A stretch of DNA of 64,000 nucleotides, taken from contig UQFN01000001.1 in the NCBI GenBank assembly GCA_900540365.1, positions 103,636-167,635 on the forward strand, read 5' to 3'. Positions 18,563 through 29,366 of this stretch are shown in pieces. Numbering within the stretch: the first letter of the stretch is position 1; the number at the start of each line of letters is the position of its first letter. This stretch comes from an uncultured Mollicutes bacterium (GTDB taxonomy: Bacteria > Bacillota_I > Bacilli_A > RFN20 > CAG-826). The notes beneath the pieces are model-generated. The model ran no database searches, was not told the DNA's origin, and saw only the letters and a list, made by a program, of their open reading frames with translations. The translations under genes were made by a program, and so were the position numbers.

Positions 18563-21500
18563 TAAGCAATGATTTATTAGAAATAGTTCTAAAAAAATAT
18601 AATTTAAAAAACTTCAATTTTTATGGTGATGAAATAATTAATTCTTTTTTTCTTGGACTTAAATTACTTCAAAATAACAAAGATAAAAATGTATTAATTC
18701 TTACTAAAAATAATTATATTTCTAATAAATTATACAATGCATTTTCATTAATATTACCTAAAGAAAAAGTAATTTTAATGCCAAGTGATGAGTTAATCAG
18801 GGTAGAATATATTTCTCAAAGCAAAGAAATGCTAGCTCAGCAAGTAAACTCTTTAAATGAAATAATTAAAAGTAAAAATAGTATTGTAATAGCTTCAATT
18901 CAATCTTGTTTTCGCTTTTATCCAACAAAAAAAGTTTTTTTAGACTCAATAATTAAACTTAAAGTTGGAGAAGAAATTGACTTAGATTTTTTAAAACATA
19001 AAATCACAGAAATTGGATATTATCGTGTTAATAAAATTGATCAATCTTTACAATTTGCTAGCAGAGGAGATATTTTAGATATTTATTCATTAAATTATGA
19101 CGATCCAATTCGTATTGAATTTTTTGATAATGTCATTGAATCAATAAGATTTTTTCATGTTAATGATCAAAGTTCATATACTAAAACTGATAGTGTAGAA
19201 ATCTTACCTGCTACTTTAAATTTGCTTTCAGAAGATGAAATTAAAAATGCAAAAAATACAATTTTACAACAATGTGAAAAAGATCTTAAGCACTTTTTAA
19301 ATCAACAAGACAGAGATGAGTTTATTAACAATGTAAATAATGAAATAGAAAACTTTGAAGAAAATAGATATTCTAATCAATTTTATAAATATATTGGCTT
19401 TTTGCAGGGTTTTCATTGCAATTTAACAGATTTTTTTAATGAAGACTATTTAATTATTTCAAATAAAATTGAAAATGAAGCTAATTTATCACGCTTAATA
19501 AGTGAGTCTGATTCCTTTTTAAATGAGCTTTTTGAATTAAGAAAATGCATATCAAATTTGCATTATTTTTCATTAGATAATTGTAATTTAAACAAATCAC
19601 TTATTATATATGAAAATGAAAACTTAATTAAAGATGAAAGAAATATAACAGCGAACATTACTCCTCCTAGATATGTTTTTTCAAAACAATCAGTTGGAAT
19701 TAATATTTTTGATGTCTATAAAAAAGATGGTTATAAAATAATATGTTTTATCGAAAATTTAATATTTTATAAAAAGACAGTTGAGCTATTAAATTCGTTA
19801 AATTATGCATTTTCAAGTGAAGATAATCTAGATTTAAATTTTAATATTCAAATAGTTAATAAAGAATTTCCTTTAAGCTTTGAATTATTAAACGAAAAAA
19901 TTGTAGTTTTAACAGAAAAAGAACTTTATGGTATAAAAAGACATAAATCTACCTACAAATCGATATTTAAAGAAGGCGTAATAATAAATTCTTATGAAGA
20001 ATTGACTCGAGGAGATTTTGTAGTTCATGAAAACTATGGAATTGGAGAATATTTTGGCATTACTACTATTGAACTAAATAATATTCATCAAGATTATATG
20101 GAAGTTCATTACGCTAATAATGAAAAATTATTTGTCCCACTTTATCAATTTAATTTGATTAGAAAATATGTTGGTAGAGAAGGTAAAAAACCTACTTTAA
20201 GTCGACTTGGAACAAATCAATGGGAAAAAACTAAAAAGAAAATTAAAGAAAGAGTAAATGTTTTAGCTGATAGACTCCTTCTTCTTTATCAAGAACGAAG
20301 CAAGATTAAAGGCTTTTCTTTTAAAATCGAAGATGAATTACAAAAAGAATTTGAAAATGAATTTGATCATGAATTAACAATTGATCAGAAAAAAGCTATT
20401 GAAGATATTAAAAAAGATATGGAGAAAGATACTCCAATGGACCGTTTATTATCAGGTGATGTTGGTTTTGGGAAAACTGAAGTTGCTTTTAGAGCAGCAT
20501 TTAAAGCTTTAAATAATGGCAAACAAGTCGCTTTGATGTGTCCTACTACTTTATTAGCTCGTCAACACTACGAATTAGCTTTAAATCGTTTTAAAAATTT
20601 CAATTTTGGTATTGGCTTAATTTCAAGATTACAAAGCGAAACTCAAAACAAAAAAACTTTAGAAAACTTAAAAACTGGAAAAATTAATTTTATAATTGGT
20701 ACTCATAAATTATTATCTAAAAAAGTACTCTTCAAAGATTTAGGTTTGTTAATTATCGATGAAGAACAGAGATTTGGTGTTGAACAAAAAGAAAAAATTA
20801 AAGAAATGTGTAATAACATTGATGTTTTAACTTTAAGTGCCACTCCAATTCCAAGAACATTGCAATCTACCTTAATTGGAATAAAAACAATTTCATCTAT
20901 AACAACACCGCCAAAAGAAAGAATGCCAATTCAAACCTATGTAATTCCTTATGATAATAAAGTTTTAAAAGAAATTATTCAAAGAGAGCTTTCAAGACAA
21001 GGACAAATCTTTTTTGTTCATAATGAAATCGCGACAATATACGAAAGAGCTGATGAAATCCAATCTTTATTACCTTCTTGCAAAATCGGAATTATCCATG
21101 CAAAGATGGATAAATCTGACATCGAAGATGTAATGGTTGAATTTTATAATGGTGAAATTGACTTACTTATAGCAACATCAATTATTGAAAACGGTATTGA
21201 TGTTAGAAATGCTAATTTAATTATTATTGATAATGCAGATAAATTTGGTCTTGCTCAATTATATCAAATAAAAGGAAGAGTTGGACGTGGAGATAGGATG
21301 GCTTTTGCTTATTTACTTGTTGATAGAGACAAAGCTTTAAATGAAGGGGCACAAAAAAGATTAAAGGCAATTACAGAATTTACTGAATTAGGAAGCGGGA
21401 TTAAAATTTCACAACGCGATTTATTAATAAGAGGAGCAGGAGATATATTAGGACCAGAGCAAGCAGGATTTATTGATACTGTCGGAATTGACATGTATAT

Positions 21501-22023
21501 AAAAATATTAAATGAAACTATAGAAGAAAAAAGTCATTTACATAAATTGTCAGTCAAAGCTAAACAATTTAATTTAAATATCAATGGATATATTCCTAGT
21601 TCGTTTGTTAATGATGAAAATAAATTACAAATTTATCAAGATGTTCTAAAAGTAAATACGCTTGATGAACTCGATGAAGAAAAAGATAACATTAGAGATG
21701 TCTATGGTAAAATTCCTGAAGAAGTAGAACTTTTATTAATAAAAAGAAAAGTGGAGATTTATTTAAATTATGATTGCTTTGAATCTCTTAAAGAATTTGA
21801 AACAAACATACAACTTGTTTTGAGTGAAAAATTTTCTATGATAGAAGGAATAGGTAGCTCTTTGTTTACAGCCTTAATTTCCTTATTAAAATATTTGAAA
21901 ATATCTTACATAGATAAAAAAATAAATATTTCAATTTCAAAGAATAGCGATTATGTTTTTGTACTTTTAAATGTTTTTGAAATTGTTTATAAATTGTATA
22001 ATATTAATGCAAATGAGAATTGA
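18559..22023 (+). CDS. mfd: Transcription-repair coupling factor
   Basis: 1154 aa. SF2 helicase motifs (GDVGFGKTEVA, IIDEEQRFGV), a CarD-like segment (FVVHENYGIGEY), and synteny pth-mfd. Confidence 0.95.
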   Translation: MISNDLLEIVLKKYNLKNFNFYGDEIINSFFLGLKLLQNNKDKNVLILTKNNYISNKLYNAFSLILPKEKVILMPSDELIRVEYISQSKEMLAQQVNSLNEIIKSKNSIVIASIQSCFRFYPTKKVFLDSIIKLKVGEEIDLDFLKHKITEIGYYRVNKIDQSLQFASRGDILDIYSLNYDDPIRIEFFDNVIESIRFFHVNDQSSYTKTDSVEILPATLNLLSEDEIKNAKNTILQQCEKDLKHFLNQQDRDEFINNVNNEIENFEENRYSNQFYKYIGFLQGFHCNLTDFFNEDYLIISNKIENEANLSRLISESDSFLNELFELRKCISNLHYFSLDNCNLNKSLIIYENENLIKDERNITANITPPRYVFSKQSVGINIFDVYKKDGYKIICFIENLIFYKKTVELLNSLNYAFSSEDNLDLNFNIQIVNKEFPLSFELLNEKIVVLTEKELYGIKRHKSTYKSIFKEGVIINSYEELTRGDFVVHENYGIGEYFGITTIELNNIHQDYMEVHYANNEKLFVPLYQFNLIRKYVGREGKKPTLSRLGTNQWEKTKKKIKERVNVLADRLLLLYQERSKIKGFSFKIEDELQKEFENEFDHELTIDQKKAIEDIKKDMEKDTPMDRLLSGDVGFGKTEVAFRAAFKALNNGKQVALMCPTTLLARQHYELALNRFKNFNFGIGLISRLQSETQNKKTLENLKTGKINFIIGTHKLLSKKVLFKDLGLLIIDEEQRFGVEQKEKIKEMCNNIDVLTLSATPIPRTLQSTLIGIKTISSITTPPKERMPIQTYVIPYDNKVLKEIIQRELSRQGQIFFVHNEIATIYERADEIQSLLPSCKIGIIHAKMDKSDIEDVMVEFYNGEIDLLIATSIIENGIDVRNANLIIIDNADKFGLAQLYQIKGRVGRGDRMAFAYLLVDRDKALNEGAQKRLKAITEFTELGSGIKISQRDLLIRGAGDILGPEQAGFIDTVGIDMYIKILNETIEEKSHLHKLSVKAKQFNLNINGYIPSSFVNDENKLQIYQDVLKVNTLDELDEEKDNIRDVYGKIPEEVELLLIKRKVEIYLNYDCFESLKEFETNIQLVLSEKFSMIEGIGSSLFTALISLLKYLKISYIDKKINISISKNSDYVFVLLNVFEIVYKLYNINANEN

Positions 22024-22285
22024 TAAATATTTAAAGTTAACTAGATTAATTAAAAGAAGAACAGTCGCAAAAGAACTCCTTGATAGAGGGCTTTTTAAAA
22101 TTAACGATAAAATAGCTAAACCTTCTTCGGAAGTTGAAATTGGCGATCATATTTTGCTTGTTCTTGGTAGAAGAATTTTAGAAATAGAAGTTTTAATGAC
22201 TTGTGATTATTGCAAAAAAGAAGAATCTAATAATCTATACAAAATTATAAGAGAAGAAATTATACCTAATGCTGAAATTAGATAA
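22013..22285 (+). CDS. S4-domain RNA-binding protein (YabO/Hsp15-like)
   Basis: MRIDKYLKLTRLIKRRTVAKELL S4 signature. The track ORF (21971) is extended into the mfd 3' end. Confidence 0.75.
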   Translation: MRIDKYLKLTRLIKRRTVAKELLDRGLFKINDKIAKPSSEVEIGDHILLVLGRRILEIEVLMTCDYCKKEESNNLYKIIREEIIPNAEIR

Positions 22286-23486
22286 GAAAAAGAAATATAT
22301 TTTAGGATGTAGTTTTGGGCCAGATTCGATGGCTTTGTTTTTTATGTTATTAAAAGAAAATTATGACTTTGTTGTGTGCAATATTGATTATAATTATCGA
22401 CCAGAAAGTAAGCGGGAAACAGATTCAATAGAAGCTGTTTGCAAACAAAAAAATATCCGTTTTTACACAAAAAATGTCTTATTCTCAACTAATTTTCACA
22501 ATTTTGAGGCCCGGGCAAGAAAAATTAGATATGATTTTTTCAAAGAAATCGGTAGAAAAATTGGGTATTATAATATCTTAATTGCACATCAAAGAGATGA
22601 CCTAATTGAGACTTATTTGATGCAAAAAGAAAGAAAAAGTATAGTCACCTATTATGGTTTAAATAAAAGCTATCAAAGTGAAAAATTCACAATACATAGA
22701 CCATTATTAAAATACACAAAGAAGCAATTAATAGAATATTGTAAAAAATACAAAATTGAATATTCTATTGACCCTACAAACTTTGATCAAAGTTTAAGAA
22801 GAAATTTTTATAGACACAGCGTTCTTCCTACTTTTTCTGAAGAAAAAACAAAAGAAACTTTACAAGAAATTAAAGAAGCAAATAAATTAATACTAAAAGA
22901 AGAAAGATATATAGAAAAACACCTTAAAAATGATAAAATTTTACTTAAATACTTATTAAATAAGAATGATGAATTTATAGTTAGAACATTAATTTATATT
23001 CTCGAAAAAAACAATTTATTTGTTGAAGTAAGTTTTGGGACAGCGAAGGAATTAAAAAAATCTATTGATAATAATAAACCATGGATATGGAAAATTAATA
23101 GTGATTATGAAATAAGAATTGACTATGACTTTTTAGCTTTAATTAATAAAAAAATTAATTATTCATTACCAACTGAAAACGAAATTATCAAATTAAATAA
23201 ATCATCTAATCTATTTGATTTATTAAAAAAACACGATATTTTAGAAATAAAGCCTGCAAAAGTTGGATATTTTTATAAAATTAATGGAAATAAGAAGACA
23301 ATTAATAGAATATTCATAGATCAAAAAATGCCACATTTTATTAGAAATATTTGGCCTGCAATTTTTGACAAAAATAACAATATTGTCTATATGCCTAGAT
23401 ATAGGAAAAAATATAAAATAAATAATAATAGTTTATTAATTTTTGATGTCGATGAACTTTATGAATTCGTAAAAAAAGAACATTAA
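22269..23486 (+). CDS. tilS: tRNA(Ile)-lysidine synthase
   Basis: PP-loop variant GCSFGPDSMALF. Position immediately upstream of ftsH. Confidence 0.85.
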   Translation: MLKLDKKKKYILGCSFGPDSMALFFMLLKENYDFVVCNIDYNYRPESKRETDSIEAVCKQKNIRFYTKNVLFSTNFHNFEARARKIRYDFFKEIGRKIGYYNILIAHQRDDLIETYLMQKERKSIVTYYGLNKSYQSEKFTIHRPLLKYTKKQLIEYCKKYKIEYSIDPTNFDQSLRRNFYRHSVLPTFSEEKTKETLQEIKEANKLILKEERYIEKHLKNDKILLKYLLNKNDEFIVRTLIYILEKNNLFVEVSFGTAKELKKSIDNNKPWIWKINSDYEIRIDYDFLALINKKINYSLPTENEIIKLNKSSNLFDLLKKHDILEIKPAKVGYFYKINGNKKTINRIFIDQKMPHFIRNIWPAIFDKNNNIVYMPRYRKKYKINNNSLLIFDVDELYEFVKKEH

Positions 23487-23567
23487 AAATGCTTATTACT
23501 ATACTATTTTTGAAATTTGCTTTATTATATAAAGCATAATAAAAAGCAATGTAAGAAGGAGATATTA

Positions 23568-25610
23568 ATGGAAAACAAAAAAAGATCAATATGGTTTAGT
23601 TTATTAATCTACTTATGCATCGGTGTTGTAGCAGCTCTTTTAATATATACAATCGTTGATAGAGCAACTGAAAAGTATACTGCTGTTAGTTCCGAAACAG
23701 GTATTAAATACATTCGAGATAAGGAAGATAATAAAACAATTACAGGAGCTTATGTAGAAATTAATGGTAGTGAAGCTACTGTAATGTTAGATTTAAAAGA
23801 TACCGAAAACAAAAATTATTATTATACTTTTACAATGTATGCTGGTCCATGGGCAGATCCTGCTAGCAATAGTTACTTTGTGGCTATTGGAAGTGTTGGC
23901 GATACTATTCAAGATGGCCAATCTTATAATTTATATCAATTAATTAATGCTGATGGTGCTACTGCTCCAGTTCCTACTGTTTATCACGAAAGTGCTTTCT
24001 GGAGTTGGTTACCTACTATCATTTCAACTTTAGTAATCATTGTTATTTGTATCTTCTTCTTTAGATTATTAATGTCAACAGCTGGTGGAAACCAAAAAGC
24101 ATTAGACTTCAACAAATCAAGAGCAAAACGTGTTGATGATTCCAAAGTAAAATTCAAAGATGTTGCTGGCTGTGATGAAGAAAAAGCTGAAATGATTGAA
24201 ATTGTTGACTATTTAAAAGATCCAAAGAAATTTACAAAATATGGCGCTAAGTTGCCAAAAGGTATTTTATTAGTAGGGCCACCAGGAACTGGTAAAACTT
24301 TACTTGCTAAAGCAGTTGCTGGTGAAGCTGGTGTTCCTTTCTATAGTATTTCAGGTAGTGATTTCGTAGAAATGTTTGTTGGTGTTGGTGCTGGTAGAGT
24401 TAGAGATTTGTTTAAAACTGCAAAGCAAAATGCTCCTTGTTTAATCTTTATTGATGAAATTGATGCTGTCGGTCGTCAAAGAGGTGCTGGACTTGGTGGT
24501 GGTAACGACGAAAGAGAACAAACTTTGAACCAATTACTTGTTGAACTCGATGGTTTCGAAGAAAATAGTGGAATTATCGTAATCGCTGCAACTAATAGAG
24601 ATGACGTTTTAGACCCAGCCTTATTAAGAGCAGGTCGTTTTGATAGACAAATTACTGTAAATTTACCAGATAAAGAAGGTAGAGCTGCTATCTTTAAAGT
24701 TCATGCTCGTAATAAACAATTAGATCCTAATATCGATTTCAATCAATTAGCAAAAAGAACTGTTGGATTTAGTGGAGCTGATATTGCAAACATTTTAAAC
24801 GAAGCGGCAATTTTAGCTGTTCGTGCTAATCGTGGACAAATTACAATGGCTGATATTGATGAAGCTATTGATAGAAGAATCGCTGGACCTGCAAAATCTT
24901 CTAAGGGAATGAATGAAAAAGAAAGAAAACAAGTCGCTTATCACGAAGCAGGACACGCAATTATTGGTCTTACTTTAAAAGATAGTGATAAAGTTAGAAA
25001 AATTACAATTATTCCTAGAGGAAGAACTGGCGGACATGTCTTAATGGGTCCAGAAGATGATAGGTTCTTACTTACAAAGAGTGAATTAAATGCAAGAATT
25101 GTTGGTTATTTAGGCGGTCGTAGTAGTGAAGAAATATTCTTTAAAGATGTTTCAACCGGTGCTAGTAACGATATTGAAGTAGCAACTAGTATTGCTAGAT
25201 CAATGGTAGTTGAATATGGTATGTCTTCTCTTGGGCCAATTCAATACGAAAAGAATACCGGAAGTGTTTTCTTAGGTAGAGATTATACAAACGCTCAAAA
25301 GAATTTCTCGGTATCTGTTGCAGATGAAATTGATAAAGAAATCCGTAAAATTATTGAAACAGCTCATGATGAAGCCTTACGCATTATTAAAGAAAGAAAA
25401 GATGATGTAATTTTAATCGCTGAAACTTTGCTTGAATACGAAACTATTAATGAAGAGCAAATTTCTTATTTATTAGAAAATCGTAAAATGCCTGATGGCG
25501 CAAAACAAATTGATTCAGCTTTGACTACTAAAAATAGTCATGAAGAACCAGTTGACAATAGCAACGATCCGGTTGAATCAACATTAAATTCTGAACACAT
25601 CGAAGAATAA
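23568..25610 (+). CDS. ftsH: ATP-dependent zinc metalloprotease FtsH
   Basis: SD AAGGAG before ATG 23568. [21 protein letters not shown] and zinc site HEAGHA. Two TM helices flank a ~120-aa external domain. Confidence 0.95.
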   Translation: MENKKRSIWFSLLIYLCIGVVAALLIYTIVDRATEKYTAVSSETGIKYIRDKEDNKTITGAYVEINGSEATVMLDLKDTENKNYYYTFTMYAGPWADPASNSYFVAIGSVGDTIQDGQSYNLYQLINADGATAPVPTVYHESAFWSWLPTIISTLVIIVICIFFFRLLMSTAGGNQKALDFNKSRAKRVDDSKVKFKDVAGCDEEKAEMIEIVDYLKDPKKFTKYGAKLPKGILLVGPPGTGKTLLAKAVAGEAGVPFYSISGSDFVEMFVGVGAGRVRDLFKTAKQNAPCLIFIDEIDAVGRQRGAGLGGGNDEREQTLNQLLVELDGFEENSGIIVIAATNRDDVLDPALLRAGRFDRQITVNLPDKEGRAAIFKVHARNKQLDPNIDFNQLAKRTVGFSGADIANILNEAAILAVRANRGQITMADIDEAIDRRIAGPAKSSKGMNEKERKQVAYHEAGHAIIGLTLKDSDKVRKITIIPRGRTGGHVLMGPEDDRFLLTKSELNARIVGYLGGRSSEEIFFKDVSTGASNDIEVATSIARSMVVEYGMSSLGPIQYEKNTGSVFLGRDYTNAQKNFSVSVADEIDKEIRKIIETAHDEALRIIKERKDDVILIAETLLEYETINEEQISYLLENRKMPDGAKQIDSALTTKNSHEEPVDNSNDPVESTLNSEHIEE

Positions 25611-26563
25611 TGAGTTTCTTCATTGGCGATATTGAAATTAAAAGTAAAGTTATTCTCGCTCCAATGGCGGGAATAACTTCTTTTTCTTATAGAAAGTTTT
25701 TATCAAAATTTTTAAAAACACTAACTTATACAGAAATGATTTCCGATAGTGGTTTAATTTATGATAATAAAGAAACAAATTCTTTAATTTACACTGATGG
25801 GAGCGAATTTCCCCTTGCTTTACAACTTTTTGGTTCAAATATAGACAAAATGTTAAAAGCAATTGATATTTTAGAAGAAAAGAAAGTTCAATACGATATT
25901 TTGGATATTAATTTAGCATGTCCTGTTAATAAAGTTACGAAAACTGGTGCTGGTAGTGCTTTATTAAAAAATCTAGATTATTTATATGAATTCATGTCTA
26001 AAATATGTAAACAATCAAAAAAACCAGTTACTGCAAAAGTTCGCTTAGGATATGAAAAAATTGACATTGAAAATATAGTTCAAGTTCTCGAAAAAGCTGG
26101 AGTTAAATTTATAGCGATTCATGCTAGAACTCAAAAAGAACTTTATTCAGGAGCCCCTCATTTTAACGAATTAAAAAACATCAGAGATTTAATTAGTATC
26201 CCATTTGGAGTATCAGGTAATATTTTTTCTACTAAAGATGCTTTGGAGGCTTTAAAAGCGACCCGTGCAGATTGTGTTTTACTTGCTCGAGGTTCGATAG
26301 GGAATCCTAAACTTATATATAATATAGATCAAGCTTTTAAAGGAAATAAAATAAGTGAAGAATTAACTTATGAAGAGCAAAAAGCATTCTTATTAGATTT
26401 TGCTAAAATGCTTATTTTAGAAAAAGGAGAAAAAAGAGCAATCTCTTTATTAAAAGGAATTGCTCCAAAATTTTTTGTTAATTTGCCAAATTCTAAACAA
26501 ATAAGAATTAAATTATCACAAGAAATGAATAGTTATGATGATTTAATTAAAATTATATCTTAA
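25610..26563 (+). CDS. dus: tRNA-dihydrouridine synthase
   Basis: ILAPMAGITS start and a TIM-barrel Dus pattern (NLACP, KVRLG, IHART). Confidence 0.85.
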   Translation: MSFFIGDIEIKSKVILAPMAGITSFSYRKFLSKFLKTLTYTEMISDSGLIYDNKETNSLIYTDGSEFPLALQLFGSNIDKMLKAIDILEEKKVQYDILDINLACPVNKVTKTGAGSALLKNLDYLYEFMSKICKQSKKPVTAKVRLGYEKIDIENIVQVLEKAGVKFIAIHARTQKELYSGAPHFNELKNIRDLISIPFGVSGNIFSTKDALEALKATRADCVLLARGSIGNPKLIYNIDQAFKGNKISEELTYEEQKAFLLDFAKMLILEKGEKRAISLLKGIAPKFFVNLPNSKQIRIKLSQEMNSYDDLIKIIS

Positions 26564-28682
26564 ATTCATCAATTTCTTTGATATATTCTTGATAATTGAC
26601 GTCACTTGCCATTCGCCAGTCTCCTCGAGGAGAAACTGAAACGGGAGTGATTTTTATTCCATCAGGTAAACAGTTTCTTTTAAATTGATTTGTAAAGAAA
26701 CGTTTAATGAAAGTCTTAAAAGTATTTTTAATATATTCGTTAGAATATTTATCTTTAAAAGTAGAAGTTGCTAACAAATATATTTTCTTTAAAGAAAAGT
26801 TATAATTTAAAAAATAATAAATAAAGAAATCATGTAATTCATAAACACCAATTGATTCTTCAGTTTTTTGGATAATATCATCATTTAATTCTGCTTTTGG
26901 AAGTAATTCAGGTGAAATTGGGGTATTTAAAATAGAATAAAGAACTTCCTTATATTCTTCGTGTAAATCAGCATAATCTTTAACTACAGCTTGAATTAAT
27001 GTTTTTGGTAAAGAAGCATTAAGTCCATAATTTGAAAGGTGATCCCCTCCAAAAGTTGTAAAACCAAGGCATAATTCACTTAAATCACCAGTTCCTATCA
27101 TTATGGCGTTAATATCATTACAATAATCCAAAACGATTTGTGTTCTTTCACGAGCTTGTGCATTTTCAAAAGCAACATTAGCGTTAGTGATATCGTGATC
27201 AATATCTTTAAAATGTTGAATTAAAGAATCTTTAATATTTATTTCTTTAAAAGTAGTATTTAACTCTTTTGCAAATTTACAAGCGTTTTGGTAAGTTAAA
27301 GAACTTGTACCAAAGGAAGGTAGTGTTAAAACATGGATGTTTTCTATTGGTAAATTCATTAATTTAAAAGCTTCATATGTAGAAATTAAAGCCAACGTTG
27401 AATCTAATCCACCTGAAAAAGCTAAAACGACTTTATTGCAATTTATTGCCTTTAATCTTTGAATTAGACTTTTTGCTTGCATTAGAATAATTTGCTTACT
27501 ATTTTTAACTCTAGTTTCTTTGGAAGATGATATAAAAGGATATTTAGAATATTTTCTATCTAAAGGCTTATTTTTTAACTCCATTTTAAAATATATATAG
27601 TCACAATCAGATCTTTTATCTTTAAAAGAAGTGTTTTTGATTCTTTCATTTTCAATTAATTCTAAATCAATATCAGAAATAGTCATTTCATTTTCAAAAA
27701 GTTTACTTTCTTTTAAAATCGTACCATTTTCACATATTAAATTATGGCCACTAAAAATTAAATCAGTAGTAGATTCACCATCCCCTGAAGAACAATAAAT
27801 ATAAGCACACATTAATTTAGCACTTGTTGCTTTTAATAAAGTTCTTCGATATTCATCTTTGTTAATTGTTTCATTTGAAGCACTTAAATTTAAAATCACA
27901 TTAGCGCCATTTTTAGCCAAATTAGTAGCAGGAGAATCAGGAGCCCATAAATCTTCACATATTTCCATGCCTAAACGTAATTTTAAATAATTCAGATTTT
28001 GGAAAATTAATTTTTTTCCAAACGGAACTTGAATATCGGAAATCTCGATTAAATCGTTATTTTCAGGAGCTGATTCAAAATATCTTTTTTCATAAAATTC
28101 ATTGTAATTAGGAATATAAGATTTTGGAATTGCACCTAAAATTTGATTGTTAAAAATAACTACACCACAGTTATAAATTTTAGAACGATATCTTAATGGT
28201 GCACCAACAACAAATAATATATTTTTGTCTTTACTAAAATCTTTTAATTCGACTAAAGCTGCTTCACATTTATTTAATAAGTCGTTAGTAGATAATAAAT
28301 CATTTGCGGTATATCCACATAGTGTTAACTCCTGGAATACTAAAACATCAACTTGTTTATTTAATGCTTCTAAAATGTTTTTCTTAATTTCTTCAAGATT
28401 ATTTGAAATATTTCCTACACTTATTTTAATGGTAGCTGCAGCAATTTTAACAAACCCAAAAATATCAGATTGTTTACACATCTCATATTCACTTTTTATT
28501 TTTTTAGCTGGGTTTTGCAGACTTTTTTGTGAAATAATAAGGTTTTGATAACATAAATCAGACATTAATACCATATCTTCGTAACCATTTTTTGTTACGA
28601 AGATAGGTTCATTTAATGTCTTACATAAATTTGAGATTTTGTTTGTATCTCTTAAATCTTTAATAGGAATAATTTTGCTCAT
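26553..28682 (-). CDS. nadE: Glutamine-dependent NAD+ synthetase (CN-hydrolase + NAD synthase) with an in-frame N-terminal Phd/YefM antitoxin-like domain
   Basis: Residues 68-709: CN hydrolase (VLVFQELTLCGY, MEICEDLW) plus PP-loop (AFSGGLDSTLA). Residues 1-67 resemble a Phd/YefM antitoxin (IPIKDLRDTNK...EPIFVTKNGYEDMVLMS). Confidence 0.85.
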   Translation of the reverse strand: MSKIIPIKDLRDTNKISNLCKTLNEPIFVTKNGYEDMVLMSDLCYQNLIISQKSLQNPAKKIKSEYEMCKQSDIFGFVKIAAATIKISVGNISNNLEEIKKNILEALNKQVDVLVFQELTLCGYTANDLLSTNDLLNKCEAALVELKDFSKDKNILFVVGAPLRYRSKIYNCGVVIFNNQILGAIPKSYIPNYNEFYEKRYFESAPENNDLIEISDIQVPFGKKLIFQNLNYLKLRLGMEICEDLWAPDSPATNLAKNGANVILNLSASNETINKDEYRRTLLKATSAKLMCAYIYCSSGDGESTTDLIFSGHNLICENGTILKESKLFENEMTISDIDLELIENERIKNTSFKDKRSDCDYIYFKMELKNKPLDRKYSKYPFISSSKETRVKNSKQIILMQAKSLIQRLKAINCNKVVLAFSGGLDSTLALISTYEAFKLMNLPIENIHVLTLPSFGTSSLTYQNACKFAKELNTTFKEINIKDSLIQHFKDIDHDITNANVAFENAQARERTQIVLDYCNDINAIMIGTGDLSELCLGFTTFGGDHLSNYGLNASLPKTLIQAVVKDYADLHEEYKEVLYSILNTPISPELLPKAELNDDIIQKTEESIGVYELHDFFIYYFLNYNFSLKKIYLLATSTFKDKYSNEYIKNTFKTFIKRFFTNQFKRNCLPDGIKITPVSVSPRGDWRMASDVNYQEYIKEIDEFKI

Positions 28683-28709
28683 GACAAAATTATAGCATAT
28701 TTATGTTTT

Positions 28710-29255
28710 TTATCTAGTTAAAGCACTTCCTAAAACGAAACCACTTGAAAGTAATCCACTAACGAAGAATAAGATAGCACCAACTCCTAAATCAAATTCT
28801 CCATAATTATCTGTGAAAGAAGAAGTAAGACCTTGATAAGCAAGATCACTACCACAAGTAAGAACAGCCATCATTAAGCAAGCACCTACTAAAATTACAA
28901 GGAAAGTAAAAACACAAATGACTTTGGCTTGTCTTTTTAAGAATAAAGCAAGTAAAGTAGCTACTAAGCCAATAGCAACTAATATAAAACCAATGAGTCC
29001 TAAATAACTCAAACCGCCTTCAAAAACCATTGAAGTTGAACCAGCTGAGCTGACTGTAACTATCCGTTCTGGATTGCCAAAAACTAATCCATAAAGAATT
29101 ACTTTAGTTTCAGTAGTGATCGTTTGTCCTAAAACTGTGACTGTTGAAGTGTTAATGCATCCTGGTAAGAAAATGCATAAGATTGCTAAAACAGCAAAAA
29201 GCATACCGAAACATAAAAGTAAATTTGAAATAAATCTTGTTTTACTTTTTTTCAT
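28710..29255 (-). CDS. Hypothetical small polytopic membrane protein
   Basis: 181-aa ORF with 4-5 hydrophobic helices. No family recognised. Confidence 0.5.
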   Translation of the reverse strand: MKKSKTRFISNLLLCFGMLFAVLAILCIFLPGCINTSTVTVLGQTITTETKVILYGLVFGNPERIVTVSSAGSTSMVFEGGLSYLGLIGFILVAIGLVATLLALFLKRQAKVICVFTFLVILVGACLMMAVLTCGSDLAYQGLTSSFTDNYGEFDLGVGAILFFVSGLLSSGFVLGSALTR

Positions 29256-29366
29256 TTTAAATGTCTCCTTATTAATACTTATATCATAATATATTTAAAT
29301 AAATATTTTTATTCTTTTATGAAATAATTAATTAATTTATAATAAATAGCGCATAAGAGGTTGTTT

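Noticed and set aside
29256-29366. T-box or other leader upstream of lysS
   Set aside because: The interval of about 105 nt is too short for a T-box, and no specifier/antiterminator architecture is visible.
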